Of a stretch of 64,000 bases of DNA, positions 27,834-41,739 are shown in pieces. How positions within the stretch are numbered: position 1 is the first letter of the stretch; each line of letters starts with the position of its first letter. Both the position numbers and the translations under genes were made by a program. Under the pieces are notes generated by a model. It was not told the origin of the DNA and did no database searches. It saw only the letters and a list, made by a program, of their open reading frames with translations. This stretch comes from Octopus bimaculoides (lineage: Eukaryota): NCBI RefSeq assembly GCF_001194135.2, contig NC_068986.1, positions 42,032,772 to 42,096,771 on the forward strand, given 5' to 3'.

Positions 27834-30800
27834 TATATAGGGTTTAGTATTTCTGCAATGGCTTACTCTTCCAATAAAAGACCCTGCTGAAAACATCATA
27901 ATGATCCTCTTCCTTACAGTATACAAAATTGTTTCCATTCGTGAAATGTTTGTGCTTACTATTTACCGACGCTGGCAATCACTAATTTTCTTGGTTTCTG
28001 TTGTTTCGTTTTGGCATAATTACTATACCTTTTCCCTTCCTCAATCCTCTTTATCCTTAAGTGTGTCTACCAAAAAGATTACACGCACATCTCTTTCTCA
28101 TAGCAACGAATAAAACAAATCGAATTAGAATTTCTGAGCGAATTAGAAACGTGTGACTATACCGATCCCATATGTATTTTTCTGACAACTTAAACATTTT
28201 ACGACAGATTTAGAGCATTCAGGGGTCAGTAAATAAATATCGTTTTCTAAACTAGTTTACCCTATAATAATTGGTCTGTAGAAAATCAATGAGGAAGATG
28301 AGATTAGCATCATAATAGAATATGTTATTAGTAGGAAATAATTGCAAAATCATACACACATGCACATAAACTCAGCCATAAACATAGTTAGAGACACGAA
28401 TTGATGTCGCATAACGAATAGACATTAAGATCATACAACAAATGTTTTTGCCATTTATTTATACATTGATTATCTGATTTTAGATTCTGAATCATTTGGT
28501 TTTTATCCTTCATATTTTCTATGAAATATTCATAAAGAATAGCTTTTTGTTCGGATATCTTGTTTTTAGCAGCTCAAAATATTTAGTAAAACTTTCTTAG
28601 TAGCTGGCAATATCTCTTTCACATATTGCTGCATTAGAATTTCACCTTCGAGCCATAGCAGTACTCATTCGTATTAACTATCGTTTCGTATCAGTACTCT
28701 CTCACAATCCATATCTTTACGCATTATCTCAATTTAAGGTTGTACAATTCAATATCTATGCCGACTCTCATTTAATATCTGTATTCACTGCTATTTATGC
28801 GTACTGTTATTTTATCAACTGTGAAGCTGTCATGTTTAAGTCTATTTTAGCGATTTATTTCCCTCATTTAAATTCAGTCTCTCTTATTTCCACTGATATT
28901 TCTGCTATCATTTTCACTCATATTCTTTAGAAGTACTGATGTGTGTATATAGTACTAGAGCAGATGATGAGTGTCCGTGACTAAGAAATTTAATTTTCAG
29001 CACATGAATACATGTAGCACAATGTTCTAAAAGAGTATCCTCATTGTAAGCAGCAGCAGCAGCAGTGCTATAGAATTACTGTGTAGATGGTTGTAAAAAG
29101 GTTTTCTCAGACATTAATACATAAATTAACACAGGGAGGAATCTAGCATAGTATATATTTAGACGATATTACAATTGGTTATTAATTATAGATTTGCTTA
29201 ATTTTATTATTCATGATATTCAAATTGAAGTTGGAGAAATTATCTGTCATACTGAATCTTTAGGTTAATCGGGTGACTGATAATTCATGGAAAATATATT
29301 TACATTACATTTGGAAGGGTACTCAATTATCGGGGCTGTACAGATAGGTTTCACAGTGAAAAATATGAGACTTCATTTTGTACAGAATTTATATTGCTCA
29401 ATCGTCTTAATATGTCTCCGGTGTTCCTAACTGTTCCGGATTATAATAACGGAATACCAAACGTTAAAACAAATAGGATTGGGTAAATGAAAATATCAAT
29501 TTGCATTAGTTTAATATACGTAGAATTATTTTCTACCAGATATTTTACACTACCAACATAGAGTAGTTATTTTGATGTCCGTTTCTGTGGAACGAAAGAA
29601 ATAGAATTTTTTGACACACGGATGCTTGGTTTTCAGTTGGTAGTACTAGATCAGGAGACGACACTCTATCGATTACTTCTTTTTTTGCATCCATCTTTGC
29701 ATCACTGGTCAGTCAGAATTTCAAATTCAGCTGAAGTGAAGAGTAATCACCTTCCGTGCTGTTGCTACCGCTATTCACAATCACATTGGAGTAACTGCTT
29801 TAGGATGCAAGCCTGGGCTGGGAGTATGGCGACGCCTGATTCTCCGTTTCGGTCTTGCAACGCAGTGCGGTTTGTTGGATACCCGTTCGACAGTAGGAAT
29901 TGCCGGAAGAACACCAGACCACTTTAGAGACTCTACTCTGGGTATATTTTTTTTGTTTCTTCCCTAGCCTTTACATCAAAAAGTAGTGAAGCTATTTGCC
30001 CGTACCTGTGGAGCTATAATCCGGAGTCGGAGCTCACATCAGATGACACTTCGGGAAACAGCTAAGCCCAGGATCACTCCAAACAAAGTCATTGAGTTTT
30101 GAAGTGATGAGGCCAGTATCAAATCCCTGTGTGGATTATTCTTACATCAACAAGAAAATTGAATTGGATGAGGACGGTTCACAATTTTATTAGTAATGAA
30201 CATTACTGATTATCGAAAATATATGTATAAAAAGGGATGCTTTATACGATATGCTTTTAAAATGAATAGTGAAGAGAAGTGTGTCATAAAAGTAAGTAAA
30301 GTTAAGAAAACAGCATTGGATGAATATTCAAACTGAATGGCCATGCTCAGCAATTATTTTTGATACTTTTATTTTTCTTATAAAATGGTTTTCTTTCATT
30401 AATATGAATGTAAATATCTGATATAATTTAATGGTTCAGTGGGTTAGTATAAAGTATAAAAAGCAAATCAGCCTGATAAAACTAGTGTTTCACAGCTAGA
30501 AATTAGAGCATGCGAAGTAAAATGAGTGAAATAAATATCAAACGTTTTGCGTAGATAACTCAACAGTGCTTGCAGCTATTTAATATTTACATGTTTATGG
30601 AAAATGTTTATATATTACTGAGATTATAGTGTTATGAATTTAAACATTATAAAACAACACTGGGAGTTAAATAAAAATATAGATATATCTTTTCTTTATT
30701 GTTAACGTGCTGAAAAAAGAAGGGGGAGTTTCCGATCAGGCCTTTCGCGATACTCTTAAAACCAGGAACTTTACAGCACCCCCTCAAATATGTTTGTGTT

Positions 30801-30911
30801 CGCTAAGAAGTTTAGAAATACATATGGTTTGGTGATACAAATGCTAATATTACAAGATATACAGCCCATCATATATAAAATAGTTAATAACATGGCTTTT
30901 TATTTTTACAG

Positions 30912-30977
30912 ACTAACTGCGGAAGAATACTCATTTCTCTAAATCCTTTCAAAAGACTTGCGATATATGATAAAGAA
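30912..30977 (+). CDS. Myosin exon A ([22 protein letters not shown])
   Basis: tttttacag acceptor, gtaagt donor; matches the myosin TY.G.IL...NPFK.L.IY motif; phase 0/0. Confidence 0.88.
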
Positions 30978-32765
30978 GTAAGTATGCATCATAATTTTCG
31001 CTACTCTGTGGATTGATATCTTATTAATAAATTAATATCTTTATAATGAAACAAAAAATGATTTTTCGAGAAACTTTTTCACCTCAGGTTTTTGACAAAT
31101 GACGTTTCATTTTTGTTACAATTACATCAAAATTGGGATATTTTGATGTCAGAGCAATTTGGATATTCTACGAAGTCCAATCGATTTCTCTGCTTTGTTT
31201 TTATGTTCATTAGAGTGAAAAATCCTTGTTCGCAAAGCTAGGCTGTTGCCAAAGACAACTTTTTGAATGCCTCCTCAGGTGCAATTTTGGAAGCCTTTGC
31301 AGCAGCTGACATCCAAAAATGTGACAAATCTTCTTTGTTTTCAAATTCAATGCGTACTTCATTATTGGATTGAAGTTCAAGAAGTGTCTCTGCCAACCTT
31401 TGAGGCTCTTTTGGTACATCAGCAATTTCACATTTAAAGGGATCTACAACCCAACTGACAGTATGTAAATCAAGATCTGGAAAGTAGTCAGAGAAGCGCT
31501 CTTTGAGTTTGGTAAGATGCCTTCTAGCTGTATCCTTGAAGTCGTAACAAGGAACGCCTTTTTTTAAACATAATTTTACTTATGTTTAATAAGTCCCCAT
31601 TACCCCCAAGAATTTCATTTTTATCCTACTTAGGGTAATTTAGCTCGGTTCGCCGAACCCTGCTGTAATGGAAGAAAATTCTTTAAGGAGTCGTATGATG
31701 CGATCGAATTTAGAAACTACATGATTGTAAAGCGATTGGATCAACCACACGGTTATGACCATTCCTAAATATAAAAATAGAGGATTATTTAAATAAGTTG
31801 AATAGATTTCGATAAGTATATGGAATCAAAATAACTGATTTCTGAAGCAAAACTTCTTTTATTACAAAATTTTAAAGAAAGAAATGAACAGAGAAACCTT
31901 ATTTTGTATTACGTTAAATAATAGAGGACAAATTCGAATAAATTTCTAACAGATATGCAATTCATACGCTTAACTCTTAGAGTTAAATTATGTTAATACA
32001 GAAAAGATATAAGCCTATCATAAAACATATGCTAGTGATTGTATTAAAATATATATATACAGGGTCCGCCATAAGTAACTATATATTTTCTTTTGTTTGT
32101 AACTTTGTTGATACTTATTCAATCTTTCTATTTCATATGTCATTTGAAAGCTGAAATTTTTATTTCGTTTTTTCCCCTATTTCACATATACTGTTATATC
32201 GATTATGTCTACCCGATTAATAAAAGAGCAAAAGATTGCGGTCTTATCTAGCTATGCTACAGAAGCTGTTTTGCCGTTATTACAACAGCAGGATGGAGCA
32301 GAGGGCCTGTACATTCAGCAGGACGGGGCACCGGCCCATTATGCTTCGCTCGTGCGAGACTGGCTGGACGCCAACCTGCCCTGTCGATGGATTGGCAAGC
32401 GAGGACCGCTTGAGTGGCCGTCTCGTTCGCCGGATTTGACCCCACCCTACTGTGGGGCGTTCTCAAAGCGAAAGTCTACTCAACAAAGCCCCGCAACATT
32501 GCTGAACTTAAGGAACAAATTCGAGCTGCCATTGCTCAAGTGCTGTTGGAGCTGTGCGCCAAAGTATGCCACTTAGTCCCTGGAAGATTAGCAAAGTGCA
32601 TTGAGCTCCACGGAGAGCACTCGGATCTTTAATAAACATCACGTTTTATGTTGCAACAAACTTTAGTGTACCCTGTATTACTTTCTGTATTGTAGTAGCT
32701 TATTTCTTCTATGTTACATTTATCATGTTGAAATAAAGATATATAGTTACTTTTGGCGGACCCTG

Positions 32766-32796
<31 letters not shown>

Positions 32797-35116
32797 NNNN
32801 NNNNNNNNNNNNNNNNNNNNNNNNNNNNNNNNNNNNNNNNNNNNNNNNTATTAATGTTTGTTTTTATATTCAGTTATAATTAAAACAATTTTATATTAAT
32901 TTAATGGTCTGATGGGTTACGTTATATTTCTGTACAGTACAAATTTATATAAATATATATCAAAATGAATTTAAAGGGATATATTATCCTGGTTATAACT
33001 ATGTTTGCTTTCAAGGCGATTTTAGATGCCGGCTGTAGTGAAACCTCTCTCTCGGGCATGCATTTACAAATGATAACGAATCGGCTAACATCTAGCTTTC
33101 GGTCGCTTGGACCCTTGTTTCCCTCACCCTGATTGGTTCTTATTTGCGCGGCATTTATCACCAGTTCTGTTTCGCGCCAGGGTGCATACTATCCAATCAT
33201 GGCCTTCAGATAAGGTCACGTGAGAGAGAGTTTTTCTGCGTTTCCGGTGAGCCCTATTTCATCTATAAATAAGCCTGCTCCAACTACGCCAGTTTGTCGC
33301 GGCCACAGACCTTTTCAGGTCTGGTCGTAGACCACACACAGAATACAGCGCCAGCAAGTTTCCAACGACGACGTCAACACGACCGATCTACTGTCTACCA
33401 CAATGTCGTCGCCACCAGCACCACCACCAGAGTACACGCACCAACAACAACAGCGGTTTCATCTCGACACTGTTTGAGTAGATTGTTTCCACCACGAAGT
33501 TAACAGCTAGAACAACCTGCGAGAATCTTCTGTACCAAGTAACCGGTCTCCAGCATCGACGCTCAGTTTCACACACATGTGACACCACAGCTCTGCTATT
33601 TCGGCCACAACTTCTTGCGTACGAATATTCTAACTATTGTGAAACTCTTATACGAACTGGTATTTCTCTAACTCTGTGTTTAGGACTCTTATATTCATTG
33701 TTACAGACACTTATTCTATGCTCTGCATTTCTCACACACACACACACACACACACATATTGTTGTATACATAATCTTGTACAAGAAGGCCTGTCTTATAT
33801 ATCGTGTTATTGTTTATATTGCATGCACGCACACACAGACACACTGTTCACTATGCTAATAAAACTACTCTCTCTCTCTATATATATATCTAACGGTTGT
33901 CTGTCACTCTCTCTCTCATTACTTTACTGGCACTCGCTCGCATCTCACATTGCGAGCCTTCATACGTCCTATAACATGATTTGTGTTCGACCGTGCGACG
34001 CGTTTAAAGGAGCATTCTCCCGTTCGTCCTCATCTCCTTTGGTTCGTACGGTCGTTCTTCTACACAGCTATCCGCAACGGTCGTTATGTGGTATCTGAGC
34101 TAACAGTAAGTTGCTAGGCTCTGGTAACGTTTCTCGGTGGATAAATCAGAGTACCCTGTTAAGGACTGCCTATGTTTCGTAGAGTATATGTGCGCGTATA
34201 TGTATATTATATTAAAAACATCGATATGCACGTGTGACCGAATATGTATATATCTTTATATATATATACATTATTCTTAAACAACGCTCTCATCTAAAGC
34301 GTTTCGTACTACAAACTTGGAATTCCCCATTCGTTGAATAGGCCCACCGCAGCTACTTCGAATATCACCTCGGCCGGACCCTATGTAAAAAGGAATAAAC
34401 CCGTCTCCCCTGCTGACCGTGACGCATTGCTTCCTCCAGTTGTAGTGAGGTTATGCACCTTCAGCCACTTGAGTCTCACGAGTAGCCTATACTGCTAAGC
34501 TCTCTATAGGTGCAACACCAATGTTCCCACTAAGACCGGCCATAATATTTAACTTCCTATATACATATATATATATATAAATTTAAAACGTATTGACATT
34601 CATTTAGAAAAACATAGCAAAATGTCATTTTCGCCATAAAGACTTTCATAACTAACAGTAAAATTAAATATTTTCAGCATCTGGAAAAATACCATGACAA
34701 CATCGAAGATGAAGATCTACAGCCACATGTGTACCAGCTGGCTGAGAATGCTTATCAAAACATGCTGGAAGGAGATAAAAACCAGGGTATCCTTATCAGC
34801 GGTGAGTCAGGTGCTGGAAAGACCGAGATCTCGAAACATATCTTAAAGAAAATCATATATAAAAGAAATCAGAAGAACTGCAGTTTGGAAGAAAAAGTCA
34901 ATAAGGTAAGTTTTATGCGAGTTATATTAATTCTATACATAAACACGTATTTTGTATGATGCAATAATGATTTTAGTTTATAAGACAGGCCGGACATTAA
35001 CATCGACAAGATTTAGGATTCATAATGCTAGAAATGCGCACGCAGTTTTACTTTAAATTATCATACGCATACAAGTGTTATACATACATACATACATACA
35101 TACATACATACATACA

Positions 35117-35176
<60 letters not shown>

Positions 35177-35545
35177 NNNNNNNNNNNNNNNNNNNNNNNN
35201 NNNNNNNNNNNNNNNNNNNNNNNNNNNNNNNNNNNNNNNNNNNNNNNNNNNNNNNNNNNNNNNNNNNNNNNNNNNNNNNNNNNNNNNNNNNNNNNNNNNN
35301 NNNNNNNNNNNNNNNNNNNNNNNNNNNNNNNNNNNNNNNNNNNNNNNNNNNNNNNNNNNNNNNNNNNNNNNNNNNNNNNNNNNNNNNNNNNNNNNNNNNA
35401 GAAAATGGAGATATAGCATTTAATAAAAGGTTATCTGCAAAAATCCAACATATTCTATTATAGCTTCTTCAATTAAGCCTAAAGATTAAAATGTACGCAT
35501 ATATATGCATATCTATTTATTTATACTCTCTCTCTCTCTCCCCCC

Positions 35546-35579
<34 letters not shown>

Positions 35580-38500
35580 TTATATAAATATATTTAATGT
35601 AGACAACTGATATCTTGGAATCGTTTGGCAATGCAAAAACAATACTGAATTGGAATTCCAGCCGATTTGGGAAATTGACTGAAATATTCTTCGACGACGA
35701 TGGAAAAGTCAAACGAGGTAGGAGAAGTAAATTTGAAATGTACTTTATCTTGATTATCTGTTAAAATGAAAACGAAAATGTATAACCTTTCCTTTTATCT
35801 TTAACTTATTTCATTGCTGGGACTGTAGCCATGATGGAGCACCGCTTTGAAATGTTTCATCGAACAAATAGACCACAGTATTTATATTTTAAGTGTTACA
35901 TGTTCTATCAATTTCTTTTGTCGGAATTTGTAAACTACAGGCACATAAACAACTGGTGGTGAGGAATACATGAACAGAAAGACATACACAGGCACACACT
36001 CACACGCATACGACGGGACTCCACATGACATTCATCTATTAAGTTCACTCATAAAGTACAAGTCGACCCGGGGCTGTGGTGCAAAACACTTTCCCAAGGT
36101 GCCACTGAACCCAGAACCATGTATTTTCATTAATTGTAGATATATTTATATATATAGGCAAATCAAAATTAAAAACAAAAACAGGAAGAACAAGTATCAA
36201 AAGGACGTACACAGTGATTGTATTAGATTGACACTCAGAGAAAATTTAAGATGTTAAAAAGAGAGGGTGTGACGTTTCGAACATGGCTCTTCGTCACAAA
36301 AACGAAAGAGGAAAAAGTTCGGAGAGAAGGAAAATAATACTCCAAAAAAAAAAAAAAAAAAGGTACTCGTGTTATTACATAGCTGAAAAATAACAGACCG
36401 GTTTTTAATTTGATCATTCGGTATTTTCAAAGAATATCTTATCTTTGTAAGTAACAAGTAATATCTAAAGAAGCTTGTCAGTTTGTGTCATGGTCCTAGC
36501 GGACAAAATGGAAAAGGTGTTGCTCCGGAGGATGGCGAGTAAGATACACTGGAACACACACGCACACATACACACATATGTATATATATGAATGTGTGTA
36601 TGTGTGCATGAGTGGATGTGTGTTTAGACGTTAAACCATCAGTTAAAACGGTTTTTGTTTTAGATATCAACATAGATCAACGAAAGAAATATTTGATTGA
36701 AATACATATTGGGTTCAACATGACCGTCTATAATCCCTGAATACGGTGTCTCCAATGAAGCTGCAATCCATAAACTGAAAACATCAAAAGAAAAATATGT
36801 AGAAAAAGTAAAAACGAAAATGCCATCTATGACATTTCTAAGACTATGCATAGCTTCTCTGCTGATCATTGAGTTTTTGGTGTTTTCTGTAAGTGGAAAA
36901 CTAATTTGTTGATAGCAGTAAACTTTCTTGCAATGCACATTATAACTTCTCTTAAGCCAGTGCCTGCAAGGTGGAAGCTGTTTTAAAGTATTTTCACAAG
37001 TTTTCATACTTCCATACTTGTTTCAGACTTTTATTTAGCCCTTGCAGCATACATTCTGAGGAATATAAAATTCCTCTCAGTAGCTCCAATTTACTTTAGT
37101 GGTTGAATAAAATTTGGAATGTATATCATACACGATGCATGGACACAAGAGAAATAGGCCTTATGTATCACATATGGTACACAGGACAAACAAAGCGCTA
37201 AAACAGTTATTTGTATACTTATTTCACTTCTCAAACCTTTGTTGTTATTACTTCTCATTTTACCAATATTAAATTGTCTAAATTTTCTTATCATTTCTGT
37301 CACATCGCATCTTTTGTCAATTTATCAACTTCGAAATGTATGCTAATTAAAAAATTAAATTAATTTTGTTCCGTACCTGTCTCTGTATTGTAGCCGTCAT
37401 TTGCGAGTATATGTTGGAAAAAAGTCGGCTGATTAAACAAAATCAGCATGAAAGTAATTTTCACATATTTTATGCCTTTTTGAAAGAAGATTTTTCGCAA
37501 TACAAAATTACAAAACAAGCAGATTACAGGTAAGGAAAGTTTTTCCCTCCCGAATTTGAAACGCTTCTTTTGTGTTTTGGAAAATATTTAATCACTTTTT
37601 AGAGGAAACTTAGCAAAAAGCTCGAAGCTCACTCCTTACTACAAAAGACCACTACTCTACTCGAAGTGTCGTTGGTTCATATTTGCTTATCTTTGTTGTA
37701 TAATACTACACTCAATAAATTAATTTTTATCGGATAAACTCTCTCATAATTTGACTGGGTACCACGAAAAGTGAAAACCTTTACTATAAAGAGCAGAACG
37801 CAAGTTTATTTAACATGCAATTGTAGATTTTATGATTTTCTGTGGACTGATGGAAGAATAGAAACGTTCATTCATATCTTCATATCTTACCCACATGACA
37901 TAATTGTATACAGGCAATAAAGACAGATGAGTCGAAAATAGCGATATGATAATTAAATCTCTAGTCTTTATCCCTCTTCCTTAAGTCATTTATATGCAGA
38001 ATTTCTATCGAAGCTGCCAGTACTTTAAATTACTCTATCTTGATACGCCATCCCATCCTTCAGTGTAAGCAGATTACATGTTCAGAACATTGTTTTCCAA
38101 TCTATTTTTAATTGTTGGAACATGCGACATAGCAGTTTCTTTTGTAACAAGAGAAGATTTCAATTCCTTTGCTGTTTTTGTTTAATCCAAACTAAGCACT
38201 AGCGAGGTCGGCACAGATCGACCCGAATCGAAACGACTTACGGTCAAAAGAATTCGACGCTTCCTCATTAGCTCAATATTTTTTAAGTGTTTCAAAGTAG
38301 AAAAGGAATTCTAGTCGGCAAAATACTGTGCACGTCATAAATACTAGCAGAGCTATCTTTGGATTTCGTCCTTTAATGCTGACAAAATAAATGCCAACAA
38401 CGTTCCGACTCAATCGAATACATACGCTTCGTCCGTCCCGTATGTCAGTTGACTTCGTAGAGCAACTCATGGAGAGTCTATGAAAACTTTCATTCTTCTA

Positions 38501-39910
38501 GAAAAAGCTGCCAACTCTCGCTCAGATCCCATCCTACTGTGTTGCATCATATAATCCTACATAAATCATGTCTGAGAAAAAGACATGGGATAGTCCCGGT
38601 TGTGATGCTTATGATCATTGGTTTAATTGAACAAAACTGACCTGAAAGTTAAACAATAGTATCAACAATTGTTTTTGTATTCGGGGAAGAGAAATCATTT
38701 TTTTTTCCAAGTCAACGTAAAAATTTCATTCGAGTGAAAGATGTTGAATTGGTAAAAAGAATAAGCGAATAGGATGTCATGCAACTCCACCTTACCTCTC
38801 CTATAAATTTGTACAATTTTATCTGCTTTATTCTATATATTTTAGTTCAAGTATTTGTTTGGATTGTTTGTCAAGGTTACAGTTTAGTTTACTAGAAAAG
38901 GAAAACTTTTCTCACTGCGAGTAGTCTAATGGAATCCTGCAGACTGCAGAATAATAAACTAACTTTATTTCTTTCTTACATTTGGACAATTATTTACACC
39001 CTACTTTGTCTTTAATTTCTCAACAGAATATTTTCATATCCTCATACACATGACCGACCAACGTCTTATAAGGACATCATCAAAATTTTAAAGGATTTGG
39101 ATTTCAAGGAAGAGGTGAAAATATGTTTCGTTATTGCGTATGGTGTGCAAGATTCTTGATGTGAACTCGTGTGTTGAAACAAATTTTGTTGTATTTTGGG
39201 AGATACATCGCACCAATAATAAACACATGCACTGGCTCAATTTCACTCCTTTATTGTTAGTTAACTGATAAGCTATTTAACCAACCAACTAATCGATCGC
39301 TTGCTTAATCAGTTAGTTAAACAATCAGAAGAGGGGTGAGGGTGTGTCATTGATGAGATCAAGAATGGTGATGAAAGGACTTTGACAAACAACTGCTTGA
39401 TTGTTTAACTAACTAATTAAGCAAGCGATCGATTAGTTGGTTTGTTAAATAACTAACCAATTCACTAACAATAAAGAAGTGAAATTGAACCAGTGCATGT
39501 ATTTATTATTGACATAATGACCCTCCCATTATAATACACTATCATATATTTAGTTTGAGTTACAAACTATATTTAAAATCTTTAATATCCCGTATTGTTT
39601 ACATGTAATATTTAGCCACCGAGATCGACTTTGTCTTGTATTCGTTCGAGGTCGATAAATGAAGTACCCGAGCTCTAGCTCTTTGCATTCTCCTGGCAGA
39701 ATCGATCCTTGCGTTCTAAACATGGGCAACATCGGTGGCGTGAAGTGGGAAGCATCGTGTGCAACTGTCGATCCTCCCTAAAAACGACTTCGTTCAAACT
39801 TGCAATTGGGCCTCCTGGATTCTGGTGTTGCATCCATAGCATCTACCTTAAGGTAGTACTAGCTGTGAGAAACTCACAGGAATCCCTCCCACCAGATTTA
39901 AGCACAACCG

Positions 39911-39941
<31 letters not shown>

Positions 39942-41681
39942 CTTCTTCTTCTTCTTCTTCTTCTTCGAGTGAGAGAAAGAAGAGAGAGAGAGAGAGAGAG
40001 GGGGGGGNNNNNNNNNNNNNNNNNNNNNNNNNNNNNNNNNNNNNNNNNNNNNNNNNNNNNNNNNNNNNNNNNNNNNNNNNNNNNNNNNNNNNNNNNNNNN
40101 NNNNNNNNNNNNNNNNNNNNNNNNNNNNNNNNNNNNNNNNNNNNNNNNNNNNNNNNNNNNNNNNNNNNNNNNNNNNNNNNNNNNNNNNNNNNNNNNNNNN
40201 NNNNNNNNNNNNNNNNNNNNNNNNNNNNNNNNNNNNNNNNNNNNNNNNNNNNNNNNNNNNNNNNNNNNNNNNNNNNNNNNNNNNNNNNNNNNNNNNNNNN
40301 NNNNNNNNNNNNNNNNNNNNNNNNNNNNNNNNNNNNNNNNNNNNNNNNNNNNNNNNNNNNNNNNNNNNNNNNNNNNNNNNNNNNCTCTCCACTTACTGAA
40401 GAGATTGCAAGAGTGCAATGAAATGATTAACAAAAAACTATATACTGTTTATAAATTAATAAAACTAATTGACATTTTTGTCCTTTGTTTAGGATATTGT
40501 GCGAATAGAGAAATCGCTGGCAGCTATTCTTCACCTCACATCAATAAACTTTGAAGATGACAATGGAAGAATTCATATAACCACGGAAGATGCTGTTGCG
40601 AACGGTATTGTTATTAGTTTTGTTTCCGTTATTTTTTCATTATCACTGAGAGGCATAACTTTTGTTTTTCTAAAAAATTGTTTCATAGCTTCGTCAGAGA
40701 AGAGAGATAAGTTTGCATAATCAATTAAACCTTGAGAGAGGCATTATGCCGGTAATAAACACACGCACTGGTTCAGTCCTTTATTAATTTATAAACAGTA
40801 TATAGTTTTTTGTTAAATCATTTCATTGCACTCTTGCAATCTCTTCAGTAACTTGTCTCTCCACTTACTGAAGAGATTGCAAGAGTGCAATGAAATGATT
40901 AACAAAAAACTATATACTGTTTATAAATTAATAAAGGACTGAACCAGTGCGTGTGTTTATTACCGGCATAATGCCTCTCCCAAGGTTTAATTGTATTTCT
41001 TTCAACACACGTATCCACATCAAGAATCTTGCACACGAAATACACATACGAAATTTGCATAATCAATTGTTGGATTAGTGAATATTCGGGAGAAGGGAAG
41101 AGGTTATCTAAAACCGAAATCTTGGCCTAAATGCTTGCAACACACCGAACTCGAGTAAAGATACAGAAAGGCATATAGGGTTGCTCAATCAAATGGCGAA
41201 TTAGATTATGTCTACTATGCAAGAACAGAAGGACAGACCTGGCTTCCACACAGTCTCCATCTATCAAATGTCACTAACGAGGTTTTGGTTCATCAGAATT
41301 TATGGTAGAAATGCTGCAGAAAGTTGCTGCACATGTTTACTTTTCCCGTGAACAATGTGTCTTATAACTCTCTGCTTTCGAAGAGTAGTGGATTAGAAAC
41401 AACAATAACTGGGCATCCTGCTGTAAAATAAAACCTCAAATTATGTACCTGCAAAATCCATGCAAGCGTAGAAAGCCAGAGATAAAAAGTCGAAAGAAAA
41501 CAGCGCGCTTTTATTACTTAACGATGGCCCCGTATTTCTTCGCGAATCCTCCTTTCTCATTCCAATAAGTTTAATAATTCTTTTTGGAAAATCATAAAAA
41601 TGATTTCCCTACTATTTTCTATAGGAATAACTCCTGATATTTTGCGACTGTATTATATATAATCAATTAGTTAAACATTGG

Positions 41682-41739
<58 letters not shown>

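Noticed and set aside
29637-29700. LVVLDQETTLYRLL after a tttcag, resembling a myosin N-terminal L..LDE..I segment
   Set aside because: No R-[YF]...IY continuation or phase-0 donor; it lies in a repeat-like block.
34089-34100. TGGTATCTGAGC, similar to a tRNA-iMet primer-binding site
   Set aside because: It is not preceded by an LTR ending in CA, it is ~380 bp from the candidate LTR, and no gag/pol follows.
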